The notes under the pieces were generated by a model. The model was not told where the DNA came from and did not search any database. It saw nothing but the letters and a program-made list of their open reading frames with translations. Below are positions 23,601 to 38,600 of a DNA stretch of 64,000 nucleotides, in pieces. The position numbers and the translations under genes were made by a program. Each line of letters begins with the position of its first letter. The stretch's first letter is position 1. The DNA is from Gekko japonicus (taxonomy: Eukaryota), in contig NW_015165235.1 in the NCBI RefSeq assembly GCF_001447785.1, forward strand, positions 2,041,403 to 2,105,402, in the 5' to 3' direction.

Positions 23601-26600
23601 GGTCAGAACTGGATTTATTTTTCTGTAGGGCATGAGAGAGGACTGTGGGGTGAGAAATGTGTGTCAGTCCTTGATTGTATTTATTAAAATGACAGGTCTT
23701 TGCTCGTGCATTCTTATGCATTGGCGCTTCAGCAGTGCTGCTGTTGTGCTGATTCTTGCATTGATGACAAGATCAGCTGAAATGTAGTATGATAACTGAA
23801 TAATTCAAACAACACTAAAATGTGAATTTGGTTCATGTGTATGTATTAGGTCATCTTCATTGGAACTAAAGCCATTCAGAGCTGGTTTGAAGGCTTAAAC
23901 TGATCTATACCAAAGGCCCATCACTTTGCCGTATCGCGTAGTATTTTTGTATGTACTGTTTTACAAAAGCAACTGCCATAGTAGAGCGCTGACATTCATC
24001 AAATTGCCTTGTTTGTTTTTAGAACTTGGCAAATGGCTGGAGCCTTTGAAAACCCTTCGATTTGAGATTAATTGCATCCCAAATCTCATTGAGTATATTA
24101 AACAGGTTAGTAAAGACATTTTGGCATTCACCCTTTGAAAAAGAAAAATCTGCCACATGGTGATTTGTTTATTATTTTGCAATGCATCTGTCACTTTCCT
24201 TAGTATGTAAGAAGATGACTTCTGTGACTTATTTGATTGCAGTTTAAATGTATAGGATTGACATTGTTTTATTATTAAAAAGTTCCCATGTTTAAACACA
24301 GAACTACAGCTTGTTTAGAATACTGAAAGTCAGTGTTTCTAGATTGCTATTATTTCCTTGTATTACAATGCCTGTCTTGGATATGTTGTATGTGGTAAAA
24401 AGTAAAACATGATCCATCTGTGGGCCTCCTAGTTGCTGTCACTGAGATTCTTGCAGGGCATCCTAGAATGGATGAGCTTGGTCTGATCCAGCAAGGCAAT
24501 TATGTTCTTAAGTAAAGATCACTTTAACATAGGATAGGTATGTCTTACTGTTAAATGATGTGCTCTTGCTTTCTAAATTTTAAAAAACACTAGTTTGTTG
24601 TAAAAATATAGACTGCACAGGGCTGAAGGCAACTGATCCCTATTGCAGAGGAGCAAAATAAGCCTGCCTGTTTTTAGACCTGTGTGTTAAATTAATAGAA
24701 AAGGTATATTTTTAGACCCGTATGTTAAATTAATAGAAAAGAATATAAAGTGAGACTGAGCCGACTGGACAAAGCCTGTGTGCCGCAGCTTGCACATGCA
24801 TAGGGGGGTCGATTTGGTTGTTAATAAGAGGCGGAGCCAGCACTCCCCTTCTGCATACCTTGGCTCTGTGCAGTCATAGGTCAATGGTACAGGGTTTCTG
24901 TTGAATATTAATTTCCACTAAAACATATATATCTATTTTTTTAGAATATTGATACGCTGATGACCCAGGATGGGGTTGGTCTTCCTACGGCACTTCGTGT
25001 CCTGTGCCACATTGCATGTCCGCCACCGCCTGTGGAAGGTATGATGCATTTGTTTGAATTTATTAACTCACATTTATTAGAGTATCTGAGACTACCATGA
25101 AGCGTGAGAATAAATAATAGTGCATTTGCATCAATTCTGTTTGTGATACAGAATATAATATTTGGACCTACACTGAATTCTCCTCCAGGGTATTTAGCCT
25201 AGTGAAAAGTTCTGTCACCAGTAGAAGATGGCTGTATAAAATGTATTATTGCACCAAATCTTAACAGCAAATCAAGACATGCTTTTTTTTGTCCTACTCC
25301 TGCAGGTCAGCAGAAGGACCTTAAGTGGAACCTTGCAGTTATTCAGCTGTTCTCTTCTGAAGGAATGGACACTTTTATTCGAGTGCTACAGAAGCTGAAC
25401 AGCATTCTTATTCAACCTTGGAGACTCCATGTCAACATGGGAACCACTCTTCATAGAGTTACGACAATCTCCATGGCCCGATGCACTCTTACACTCTTGA
25501 AAACCATGTTAACAGAATTACTTCGGGGAGGATCTTTTGAGTTCAAAGATATGCGTGTTCCTTCAGCACTTATTTCTTTACACATGCTGCTGTGTTCTAT
25601 TCCCCTCTCAGGACGTTTAGACAGTGATGAGCAAAAAATCCAGAACGATATAGTTGATATTTTGTTGACTTTTACCCAGGGCGTTAATGAAAAGCTAACA
25701 ATCTCGGAAGAAACTTTGGCCAATAATACTTGGTCACTAATGCTAAAAGAGGTTCTCACTTCTATATTGAGAATTCCTGAAGGATTTTTCTCAGGCCTTA
25801 TCCTGCTTTCTGAATTGCTGCCTCTTCCACTGCCCATGCAAACAACTCAGGTATGTTTACTTAGTCTTAAGTAAGCGGTTTTAAAAAGACTAATGGATCT
25901 GCTCCATTAAAAGACAGAGACAAAGAAAGTGTGTAGATAAGAACTTACAAGTGAGCTGTGCAGCTATCAGTCATTTTAGCACATTGTTATATGAATAGAA
26001 TTCCTTGTTACGCATGTGGAAGTACATGACTTAGCAAGTTTCTGGAATTTCTCTACCACCTTCTCATTGTAAAATTATTATTTTAAAAATGTCTGTACTG
26101 CTAGTTTGTCCACCAGTTGACTCTCATGAAATTGTCCTAGGGCTGAGGTGCTTGACAATCCTTGAAGTTATTATAGAGTCAAAATCTTCCTGTTACCTCA
26201 CATTTGTAGGTATTCTCTTCTAGGTTTTTTGATAAAACATTCACCTGTTCTGCTGAGCCTTTTTCACACATTCCAAATTCCCCAACACAGGGAGAATCAC
26301 TTCAGCCATGTGGAAGAAATAATGTTTGTGTTTACATTCAATAGAAGGTTCCTGATGGTATATGCATCCCAGTGTAAACATGCCATCAGCAATTATTTTC
26401 TTTCTGCAGAACAAATGTCTATATTTGAACCTTAGAAAAGTCATGTCATGTTTCCGGCAGGTTATTGAACCCCATGACATATCAGTGGCTCTCAACACCA
26501 GGAAACTATGGAGCATGCATCTTCATGTTCAAGCGAAGTTACTGCAAGAGATAGTACGGTCATTCTATGGCTCCACCTGTCAACCTATTCAACACATGTT

Positions 26601-29600
26601 GAGGCGTATTTGTGTCCAGCTGTGTGACCTGGCCTCACCGACTGCGCTGCTTATTATGAGAACTGTTCTGGATCTGCTTGTAGAAGATCTGCAGAGGTAG
26701 ATTTTAATCTGTCATCCACAGGTTCTTTGAGTGGCAGCCTAACTGATCCCAGTGGATTCAGCCTTGCCCAGGACTGCTGAGAGTCACCATGGGCCCTCCG
26801 ACAAAGATCCTATCTGCCCCCACATGACCCTGATCCAAACCAAATATCGTAAAAAAACAAATCACCTGGCTGACTGTTATTATGCACCTATGATAATAAA
26901 AGGAGCCACACGTCCACCTGTCTGTCCATTTGTGGCAGGCATAACTCATCAGAAAATAAAACTAGGAAAGTAAAAATTGGACTGCCAACTTCAGGATGAT
27001 CATACTAATTCCAGGGCCCGAAATGAAAGGAACTGGAATATCTTGGCCCATATTATCTCCAGCCCTCCATGCTATTTGCAATGGAATATAAGATACCCCT
27101 CTTTTTGCTATCACACACTAACAAGGTTGCCCCTTGATAAGATCTGGCTGTGCAGGAGCTGGGTGGAACTAAAGGGAAAAGGAAAACATAGACCTTTGTA
27201 GGAGCCTGCATCCTGTCCTGGCTGGTCTTCCTTTGCTCCAGTGCAGGCTTGGCTGATGAGTTTAGCAAGATCTGGTCAGCAAACAGAGTTTCCCTCAGCT
27301 GCATGGTAAACTTTGCAGAAAGGTCAAGCTCTTTGTTGTGTTATGCCTTCCCTGCTCCCCTAGTGGCTGCAGTCAGAACTGCATTAGAATATTTTTTTAA
27401 AATGTATTTCGTGAAAACCACATGACACCAGCTTCATGGGTCCTGCAGCTGATTTGGACCCCCAGAATTTTGTCCCTCCAGTCCCGTTCTGTCAGTGGCC
27501 CTGGCCTTGTCCTCTTCAAATGGAGGGCAGAGTTCAGAATCCCTGCCTATCAAGCCTGGGAAATGGGCTGCTATTGCCTTCTCACCTTACTCGATCTATC
27601 AATATTGTCATCCTTGTGTGGGCTGCCTTGGGTCAGGGTCTCCCATTTCCCCCCATTAAGCCTCTTCTGTCAGAATGTGCCTAGGTGCTGGGAGAGCCCT
27701 CTGTACCAGTCATTCTAGAAGGCTGCTTCATGGCAATTTTCTGCTGCACTCTCGGTCAAGCCGATTGCTGCTGTGATACCCCAGCTTTCTGATCCCCCCT
27801 CCCCTTTCCTTCTTGCTTACACCCAGTGTGACATTGACTTTCTTTCAATAATTATTGTAAAAGTGCCATAATGGAAGCTGGAATCCTCATTAACACATCC
27901 ACACATATGCATGCTTAGAGAATTATTGCAAATAGTTGCAATGGGTGTTGTCTTCATAAAAGGGCTGGTGTCATTTCAGCAATCCAGAAGATAAAGAGAA
28001 GCAGTACACTGGCCAGACGACCCGCTTACTTGCTCTGCTGGACGCCTTAGCTTCACACAAAGCTTGCAAACTGGCTATTTTGCACCTGATTAATGGAACT
28101 GTGAAAGGTGATGAGAAGTATGTGGAAGTTTTCCAAGAGCTGTTGTCTCTGATGCGAGCTACCGGGGACAACGTCATTCATCAGCAGTGTGCTGAATATC
28201 TAGCTTCTATTTTGCAATCCCTCTGTGACCAGGTACTTAAAAAGAGTCAAAATCTTGATATTTTTAAAATTGTGTGCACAGGGATGCACAAGTATAGGCA
28301 GATATGGAATGCAGTGGAGAAGCTTCTGTTGTTTCCCCCCAGGCAGACAAAATACATCTTTGGAAAGGCTGGGAGGATTTTTTTTTAACCAACCAGCTTC
28401 AAATGTTGGCTTAAGAATCATACCAGGTGAACCCTGGCATTATAGCTAACCCAGTAAAGTTTATACAGCAATTCTGGGGTGTGTTTGGATTTTGTTGTTG
28501 TTGTTTTGCCTTCTATAGACTATAGCTCTCATTAGCCAGATTCTGCCAATTTTGCAGGGGACAGACTCCCCTGCTTTCTAGGTGATATTGCCCTGTAATA
28601 TGGTGATTAATCTGAAAGCAGAAAATTTCAGGTGTTCAGACAAAGAAATATGGGGGCAGTCCGGTATATGAGCCTAACCATCTCCCATTTCTAATATGCT
28701 AGATTCTGGAAAAAAAACTAGGTTCATGAATGTTGGCCATAATTTTTCTTGCATTTTTGTTTGAGGTTTTTCAGTCATAAAAATAATTTCATGTTCTTCT
28801 TGTGCTTGTGTTGTGCCCATCTTTGGTCCCAAATATGCCTTACGACTGCTATAAGTCCCAATGACCTCCGTGCCATAAAAATCTTTCCCTGTCTACTGTG
28901 GTATTTTAAAAATGAGTAATGCTGCTTGTGTGAAGATCCAGACAAGCAGGCCTTTTAGTGCAGCACTGAGTTATATAACATTACAGTTGCTGCACATAAG
29001 AACATAATGTTTATATTTTTTCAGTGCATGTTACTTAAAAACACACACAGTGGGACTAGATCCTAGGGGATATTTCCCCCTGCAGTTTTCTGTACCTTCT
29101 GAAAAGCTATTTTTGGGGATTGGAAGACCCTTGGGGACAGGGTAGAATGCACTTATGAACTGCCACTAGAATGAGGAATCAGCAGAAATTGCTCATGGAG
29201 CTCTTGTTTTGTTTGCATAAGAGGTCAAACAAGAGGTGAGTGGGTCAATTGATGCCAGTTTCCTTTCCATATGCATCTCAGGCTTGGGCTGTGCAGCCAG
29301 TTCTGGATGCCCAAGATGTTTTGGATTCATGTTTAGTGAACAGCAGCCCGCTGTGTTGCTTGACAAAGAGCTTTGCAGTTGAAGTGAGTCTCAAAGGCAG
29401 TTTGTGGTGTAGTATAGACAAGGTTGCTGTTCAAATAAATTGGACTAGCACCAGCCTTTGGATGATTTTGAAACGCTTCTTTACATTTATTTAAAATATT
29501 TATATCCTGCTCTGTTTATTTATTTATTTATATCCTGCTTTTTGGTTTGTGGGTGTAACCTGTAGTTCCGTGACCAGTAAGCACAGTGGGCATCTTCCTG

Positions 29601-32600
29601 GTTACCTCAATACTGTGGTTTGTTTTTGCAGGATATTGCACTGATCTTGCCGAGCTCTTCAGAGAGCACTCCCTCTGAGTTGGAGCAGCTTTCCAATTCA
29701 CTGCCAAGTAAGGAACTCTTGGCTTCCATCTGTGACTCTCTAATGGAAACACTTGCTAATGCTGAGAGCAGCTATAACTGCTTGCTGACTTGTATTAGGA
29801 CAATGATGTTCCTTACAGAGCACGATTATGGATTCTATCACCTGAAGAGGTACCTTTGTGTTTCTAAGTATATACCTGTGTGTTTTGTGTGTGCAACTTC
29901 CATTAATTTCAGTGGGACTTGCAATGGAGAAAATTGCTAGAGAAGAAAACTTAATGGAAAGTTATCAGGGCTGTAAAAATGGCTAAAACTCCTCAGTATC
30001 AGCATCAAAAGTTGCTGTTTTGTGCTGGACTGTACAATTTCCCAGATCAGCATCAAAAGTTGTTTTGTGCTGGACTGTACAATTTCCCAGTGCTTTGGCT
30101 ATAAATCCATAAAGCTATTTCTCCATTTAAGTTCTTACTGTGGAGATGTGAAACCTTTGAATTTCGATATGTAAGCTTCCACCTGAAAGTTTATGCTTGG
30201 ATGCACTAGTACTTTTTGCAGACAGAAGGGGCTTTAGTCCATGAGGCATGACTACCCCCTCTGTCTACAGCCCCAAATTGCTCCCAAGTGCTATTCCTGG
30301 AAAATAGGGGACTCCAAGGAACAGCATGGAGGAAGGAAATGGACACTGGTAATGGGGAGAGACAGTTGGCAAATATCCAAATCTTCAATTTAATCCAAGC
30401 CACATAATCTGCAATGTGATGGCTCTGACATAGAATGGTAGCTGTACTTCAGTTCTTTGACATGTTAGAAATGTCAGAATATAAACAGATTCATACAGAG
30501 GCAACCATTTGTTTGCATTTGTGAAACTGTCTCTGTTTAGCTGCTTTAGCTCCCTTTATCAAATTTCTTCATGTGCATGCGCTTTAAAAAAAATAATTCA
30601 GTGACTAAAACATTTCTCTTTGAAAATTAAACAGTTCTCTAAGAAAACACTGCGGTGCTCTGCAAACTGTATTGAAGCGAGTCGTAAGCAGCTTTAGTAA
30701 GGACCCTGGAGAACTCGCCTCTTCGTTTTTGGATTTCATGAGACAGATACTAAATTCTGACATGCTGGTAAGTCAATATTCATGGAATTTTTTTCTTAGT
30801 TTGATCTACTTATGCTACAATTCAGCACTGATAGCTGTGATGCCCTCTGGGGCAAGGGAACATCATACCTGGGGTATTGAAAGTACCAGCCCAGTCTCTG
30901 CTTCTTTGCACAGATGGTTTTTATTTTCAGTCAGCTGCTTCAGATACCTGAAGGCGTGGTTATCTTCACCCGCCTCAGGGTTACAATAAATTACAAAGGA
31001 GAAGAGCCACAATACTGCAGCCTGCCTCTTTGCGTAGGAACCTCCCTGAGACCATTCTTCGCCCTCTCTCTCAGCCTTCTTCCTCCAGGCAGCCTCCTCT
31101 CATTTCCCTTTCCTTCCTTTTTATAGCCCCAGCTTCACACCTGGCCCTTGAGCTAAGCTCCGCCCTCCTTGTCTCTGTTCCCTCCTCTCCACAGCCACTC
31201 CCTGCCTTAAAACACCTGGGCCCAAAGAGCCATTGTTCTCCCATCCAGGCTTGCTTCTTCATACTGTCTGAGCTTCCTTGGGGCAGACTGCCAAAGCTGC
31301 CCAGTTGCTGAGTCTATCATAGCTGCACCCTCCTGACTCTGGTCCAACCCAGCTCCACCCAGATGAGTCTTGCTCCTGGGCCCAGGCGTGTGCTCTGCCC
31401 TGCCAGGCGGGTCATTGCGAGGTAGTCCGCCACAACAGCCCATAAAGAGGTGGTTTTTCTTCAGGTGGGAACAGGATGTCTAATTGATCCAGAGAAATGG
31501 AGGGAAACGTGGATAAAGCTTTGTTTTCAGACTTTTATGTTTGAAGGGCCCCAGTTCCACTGAATGGGAAAGTGGATTGAGTCTATACGGTGAAACTGAC
31601 AAAGGAACATTTTATCCCTGGTGTCTGGTGCTGTGCTGCCCAAGAAAAATATGTAGTGATGTTTAGATTCCCCTCCCCCCTTTTGTAGTTGGTGTCATGC
31701 TCAGTGTGCTGGATTGATAAAATACATTTTTGTTTCTTGCTCAATATGCTGGATTAATAAAATACATGTTTGTATGGGCTACGGGGAAATATACTTGGCG
31801 TATGTTGATTTGCTGTCTTAAATTCTGATTATCTAATCAAACCTGTCAAGGCTAAATGTCTATTGGCTGAATCTCATGGCTTTTTTTTTGAGATGCGATC
31901 CTCTCACACAGGGGTCTGCAACCTTTTTGAGCCTGCAGGTACCTTTGGAATTCTGACACAGGATGGTGGGTGCAGCCGGAAAATGGCTGCCTTAGGAGAA
32001 CTCTCCACAAAATGTCAGTGTGAGGTTATGCATAAATCTAACAGTAACTCTTCAACATTTCAGGCAGAAGCTCTGCTTAACGAGATGCCTTTTAAAATGA
32101 ACATGTTTTAAAACATTTTCTTGCATACACACAGCTTATCTTGAGTCATGTGGTAATGATCCTTGTGCTGTGGTGGCAGCTGCTGCCAAAGCAATTTTAA
32201 AAAAAAATCTGCACAGCCAATCAGAACTTCTTCAGGGCAAAACCCCACCTGGCCTCACCCACTTTCTAAAAACACTGGGTGGGCATCAGGAAAGATGTTG
32301 GCAGATGACTTCCCCCTCAGAGTCATGTGCAAATGGGCCTTCACAGTGTAGGGCAGCAAGTTACTGAATCTTTTTCAGTGCTTCTTTCCTAGTGACCAAA
32401 TACATGGTCTTCCGCAGTCAAAATAACAGAATTCTTTACTCTTTTCAATGTCACAAGACTTCTTGTTCCTTTCTAATGTTTATCACAAAATGCTTTTGTT
32501 ATGTGGATACTGAGGGGAAATATTGCCTTCTTTTTCTTAATTTTTATTATTTTATTGTATAACAGTCAAATGATTACAAAGTTTGAAATACAAAATGATA

Positions 32601-35600
32601 ACAGTGATAAACCAAACTAACCATTAACAATATGTAACATTTCGTTCACGAAAATAAAAGAGGTATTCACAGTCATACTTAAACAATACACTTAGCTGTA
32701 GATATTATATACAACACTATTCATCTTATCATTAGTTCAATAGGAAATAATCAAGTTTATATCAGATTTATCTAATATGTTAACTTTTGAAAAGTTTGTA
32801 TGTCCCAGAACTACCTGAACAAAAGGTGACCATTTTTTGGTGAAAGAAAGTTTACTTCTTTCTGAATTTGAATGATCCAATTCTACCGTTAGTTTATCAA
32901 AAACAAAATATTCCCAGGATTTGTTAATCCAGTCTTGTAAGGTAGGCATTTCTATATTTTTCCATTTAGATGCCAATAATGTCTTTGCGCAGCAAGTAGG
33001 GTTGCTATTAATTCTTGTACATGTTTGGGAATTTTTACCTCTTCCCACAGATTTAATAATACGACTTTAGGCGAATTGGGAATTTGATAATGTGTTATTT
33101 TGTTAATTTCTTTAACTATTAAAGTCCAAAAGCGCTTTATAATTGTGCAAGACCACCATGCGTGTATAAAATGTTGCCTTCTTGATCTATTCTAAGGGAT
33201 GGAACCATATAAGTGGGGAAAGGATTATACTGTAACTACTTGTTTACAGCCTTGTAGAATTTCTCTTGTACCTGCTCTTTTGATCAGGGGAATTTTATTT
33301 TTCTGGATTGTCACAGAATGTATACAGCAGGTATCATCAGTCTGCAGAGATACATTGCTACTATGTGGTCTCTTTTATACTTGGCAGCATTCTGTTATGT
33401 AATATACCTTTTAATGTTCCACAGGGATGTTGCGGAGATGATGGAAGTCTTGTGGAAGTAGATGGAACCCATCCTGCCAGAACTCTGGGTCTTACAACTG
33501 CGGAATTAAAATACCAGTTACAGAACAAAGAAGAAGCTCCTGAGAATCTGCTCCTTGAACTGGAGAAACTAGTTTTGGTAACACGATTTAAATAACAAAG
33601 TCCAAATATATCTTGCTTCATCATGGGGAATTGCACATGCGTTGTTCAGATGTTGATGGTTGCTAATGGAAAAATTGTAAAATAGGTCCCTTTTGTTGGT
33701 GTAGGCTTGTCTTAATTGAAGAGGGCCCGAGCTTTGGTGTTGCAAAAAAACTGCAGGTAGCAAGTGTGGGCAAGTTCAGATAGGAATTGGCACACATGTG
33801 CCATCTGTCTGTTGCCAGAGATGTGGGCAGATCATGTAGGTGAGATGTCCGTGCTAAGAATGTATGCAGATTAGCATTGGATGCCCTGCATGCTGTTGTG
33901 ATGGTGAACACTGAGTTTAAGACATGCTCCCACAGAATGTTCAGTTTATGTACTGGGAGGACTGTGAACCAGTCCAATGAAAAAGTTATTTCATTGCTCG
34001 CTTCAGAGGGTTTAGTGTTGTTGGAGGTTGAGCTACACTTTGCAAAGGCAATTGTGTTGCTGTTGAAAATGATAGCCCTGCGGTAATGGTCTCTTCTTCA
34101 CCCACAAATGGCTGTCACCCCACACGTGGCTGCCAGTTACGTACAAGGTAATGGAAATACACACTGTACTGACATCAAGACATCAATGTTGAACTGGATG
34201 TTATGGAAAGAACTTAATACAGGGTTCCCATTTTAGGCAAAAGCCATTTCCCCCTAATAATGAGTTAGGATGTCAAAGATTGGATACTACATTCAAGTTA
34301 CTCAGTTATAGTCTGTGGTGAAACAATTGGGCAATGGTGTGATTCTCACAACTGCCTTTGAAAAAAATGAAGAGTCTTAGGACTTCGACTGAAAAATCAC
34401 CAGGATAGCTGCATCTGAAGCTTGAGTGATACTGATCCAAAATTGCAAACTGAGAAGGTATTACGTAGATAATGTGAATCTAAAAAGAATTGCTAATTAT
34501 CTGCATTGGCTGTGTCTAGTAGGAGGGGTATTTAACTGAAGTAGAGTGACTGGACTGTTCCTTGCACAGGAGCGTTCTAAAGAGGATGACAGCCTGGAGT
34601 CTTTACTGGACAATGTAGTTGGACTGCGGCAAATGCTGGAATCTGCTGGCGATCCTTGTCCTCTGAGTGACCAGGATGTGGAACCAGTTCTACCTTCACC
34701 AGAATCTCTCCAGAATCTTTTTAATAATAGGTAAGGTGCACAAAAATCCCTTTTTTATGTAAGAGAATTAAAATGAATGAAGTTCTGCTTCGTGTGCTGT
34801 TGCATTTGGGACTAGAAAATAAATGCATTAATTTAAATCAAGCGCTCACTGCATTACAGCAGAGGTTCCCTAAGTCCCTTCCCCCCCCTCACAAGTGATG
34901 AACAGGTTGTGGTTTTGCAAGTTTCCTGTCTTGTTCCTTCAGGATTATTTGGTGACAAATGTCATTAGGCCCTGCTGACTTCATTTATTCAGCTTGCCTA
35001 AGTAATTCTTTGGCAAGCTCCTCTGTTAATTCTGACTTTCCTCAGTCTTGTTTAGGTCAATGTTGCTCAGGGGTTCATTGGAACCTGCCTTTCTTCACGA
35101 AGGCTGGAACCGAGTTAGCAGTGAACAATCCAGTATTCATTCTACCATCTGCCTCTACCATCTATCATCTAATTTTGAACTGAGCAGGGATCCAATGTAT
35201 TTTTCTTTTTCTCTCTCTACTCCTAGTTGCTCCTGCTAGGACGTGCTGTTCACATTTTGTTTTGTGCCTTCTACCATTATGTGCCTGGTATTTACTTTGA
35301 ACTGTTCCCTTAGTGGGGTAGAACAGCATTTGCATATTTTACAGTAGCAGAAAAACTAATATGCTGGAGATGCTGAACAAAATGTAGAAGTGATATGGTA
35401 CCTTCTCCAGAGGGGTTTCAATCAGGAAAGAACAGGGCTTGATTTTAAAAAAAAAAAAGTGAAATGGGACACCGGAGGACCTGATTGTGAGGGAGGCATG
35501 CGTATGGAAAGAAGTGCTTTGCTGTGGAAGGCACTCAGAGGAAGGAGCCGGGAGAGGAGGGACACTTGTTAGGTATGAAGAGGTGGTCATCCCTGTGCTG

Positions 35601-38600
35601 AAAGATCTGGTTCTGAGCACAGTTCGGAGTGCCAATCCTTTCCTTTCTCCCATTGAAGCTCCATGAGACAGTGCTCTTGAACAGCAGAAATGACTACAAC
35701 TTAAAGGGTGAAAGGACTGAAAAAAAAATTGCTATAGACCCAGTAATTTGGATTTTTTTAAAATCACAAAGTAAAAAATTCAGAGTGGCCAAAATTGAAA
35801 GTTCAGAATGACAAGGTAAAAAGGGGGTAAAATAATAATGATGAAGATGATGATAATACTTTTGATTTATTGATCGCTTTTTCCCACACACCTGTGGGCT
35901 CAGAGCGATTTACAGTTACTCATGACGTTTGGACTAACAATACTCATGGGGGATAGGGAAGATAACGTACAGTATTTTTAAATTACACACATTGTAGCTG
36001 GCCAGAGGATTCAACTGCGGGCTGGATCAGTCGTGTTCCGACGGCATGTATTCTGACAAAGCTTTGGCAGTTCAGATGTTATAGTTAAGCAGGGGAATTA
36101 TCCTCATAAAGCGGACGCTCGAGCAGAAAAGAGGTGTCTTCCTTTATTAACAATAAGCTCCTTTAACCAGAGGTTTTGAGCCATACAATGAAATCACAGT
36201 AAAATAATAAAAGGAAACAGTATGTCACTAATAAAATAACTTTGTGAGATTGTCAAGTTAAAACGTAGCAGGAGGGTCTCTCAAAGATATTATAATAGAC
36301 AAGAATTTGGCCACAGATCGCATACCTGCTGCAGGACTAGTATCAGCCAACAAAAAGGAAACTACCTGAGGTTTGATGCCAAGTTCGTACTTGCTCAGAA
36401 TGAGAGAGATCCAAAGTTCTTTGCAATGAAGACTATTGATAATAATATTGAAAAAGTGAGCAATGGTCTCAGTCGTGCCAGAGGCACAAGAACATAGGCA
36501 GCCAGATAATGAAATATTAGCAAACCGCCCCTTCCAATTTGTAGGCAGGGTTTTCAGTTTACTTAGCATAAATGCATGGTGGTTGCTACAAACACTGTTA
36601 TTCTAAGTATGGAGGAAGACTTGTGAGGGGAGAAGTTTCCAAGGGCTAGGGTGGGGAGTGTACATGGTGAGTCCGAAACTCCATTCTAATTCTGTTGAGT
36701 TTGATTGTCCTCTTTTTGATCTCTCTCAGTGCTTTGTATTTTGGATCATAGTAAGGGAAAGGACAAGACACTCCAATTTGCTGTCCGATGACTTCACCCA
36801 GGCACTTTTATGAGTATCTTCCCTCAGGAGACGTAAAAGACCTCCACAGGAGTTTGATACTAAAAGGGGAGTTTCAATCTCCGGCCCCGTTCACACGGAG
36901 CATTCGCTGCGCTAAAGGCACGATAGTCCGGCGGAGTTTCCGGGCACGATCACACCGGAACATCAGGGAGGCGTAGTGCACCCATGGCGTCCCGCCGAAG
37001 ATGCGCATTAAAAAAGTATCTGGGACGACCTACTGGCAAATGGTTTGCCACGGGCTGCATGCGGACTCCCTGGGTGTGATCGCACCGGCGCGTGGCTTTC
37101 TCCCTCTTTGTCCTCTTTGCCACGGGGAAGCTGCCGCCGCGTCTGATCGCATAATGGTGCATCAGAATGCGACGGCGCAAATAGCCGCGCTTCCCCCCGC
37201 GTTTTCTGGCACGTCTGACTGGGGCCTCAGATTAAAAGGACAAAGCCAAGCCCTAGATTCCAGTGGGTGTTGAGCAAACTCCATTCTTAGTGTAGTTCTT
37301 GCAACACGAGATGGTACTCCAGCGGAAAAGAGTCTTGCCTAAAGGGCATGATTCTTACCTGTAAGGCCTTAAATGATTTGGGGATGGATTCTTGAATGGC
37401 TGCCTCTTCCCATATTTCCCAGCCCTCCAGCTGAGATAATCTCAAACCCTGTGCTTTGTGGTTTCGCCTGCAGAGGTGAGGCAAGTGGCAACTAGAGAAA
37501 GCTTTTTTGGTGGTGATGCCTCTCCGGAATGCCCTCCTCGACCCTTGCCTGGTGCCTGCTTTCCTTTCCTTTAGGCACCAGGCCAAAACATTTCTCTTTA
37601 TCATTTCTAACGAACAGGTTCCATCTCTCTTTAGCTGTTTTATGGTCTGCTTTGATGAGTTTTTAAAAATCAATATTGTTACAGACTGTTCTGTTTTATA
37701 TGCTCTGGCTTGTCTTTATTGACTTGTTTTGATTTCTTTTATTGGCTTGGCTTGTTTTTGAGTGGCATAAATCTTTGCAATTGACTTATTTTTATTGTCA
37801 TGAGTGGTTTTGTTTCACTATTTTAGTCATAGGTTGCCTTGTACAGGTTTGGAGAGGTGGCATACAATCTTTGTACATAAACTTGTTTCCTGTACAGGTT
37901 GCACTGAGGAGCTGGAGAATGCAACAAAAATATGCTTACCACTAATCAAAACTGCATTTGGTATTACAGGACTGCATATATCTTGGCAGACGTCATGGAT
38001 GACCAGTTGAAGTCTATGTGGTTCTCACCATTCCAGGCTGAAGAGATTGAAACCGACCTAGACATGGTAAATTAGTTTGTTTACTTAATTTATACCCCAC
38101 CTTTCTCCCAATGGGAGCCCAAAACAGCTTATATGGTTCTCTGCTCCTCAATTTAATCCTCACAGCAGCTGTCTCAGGTAGGTTAGGTGGAAGATGTGTG
38201 ACTGGCCTGAGGTCACCCAGCAAGCTTCTAGGGCAGAGTGGGGATTCAAACCTGGGCCTCCAAAATTCTAGTCTGATACCACCACACAACACTGGCAGGA
38301 ATTTAATACTGAAGGGGGGGGGTTGAGTTGTCCATAGCATTTGTTAATATCATGAGCAACAAAAAATTATGCCATAAAGAGTTAGAGGGATACAACTGGT
38401 ACCTGATAGCAAAGGGCAAATAATAGTTTCACAGCGGAATCCAACCAGGCCGGCTCACCTGCTAGGTGAACTAGGCATTCGCCTAGAGCGTGGGCTGGCC
38501 CTTAGGGCACCAAATGCCCCCCGTCTGTGCCCTCCCCGCCCTCGGGACTGCCACCGGTGCCGGCTGCCGCTTTACCACGTGCTGTGGGGCCTGCTCGTTG

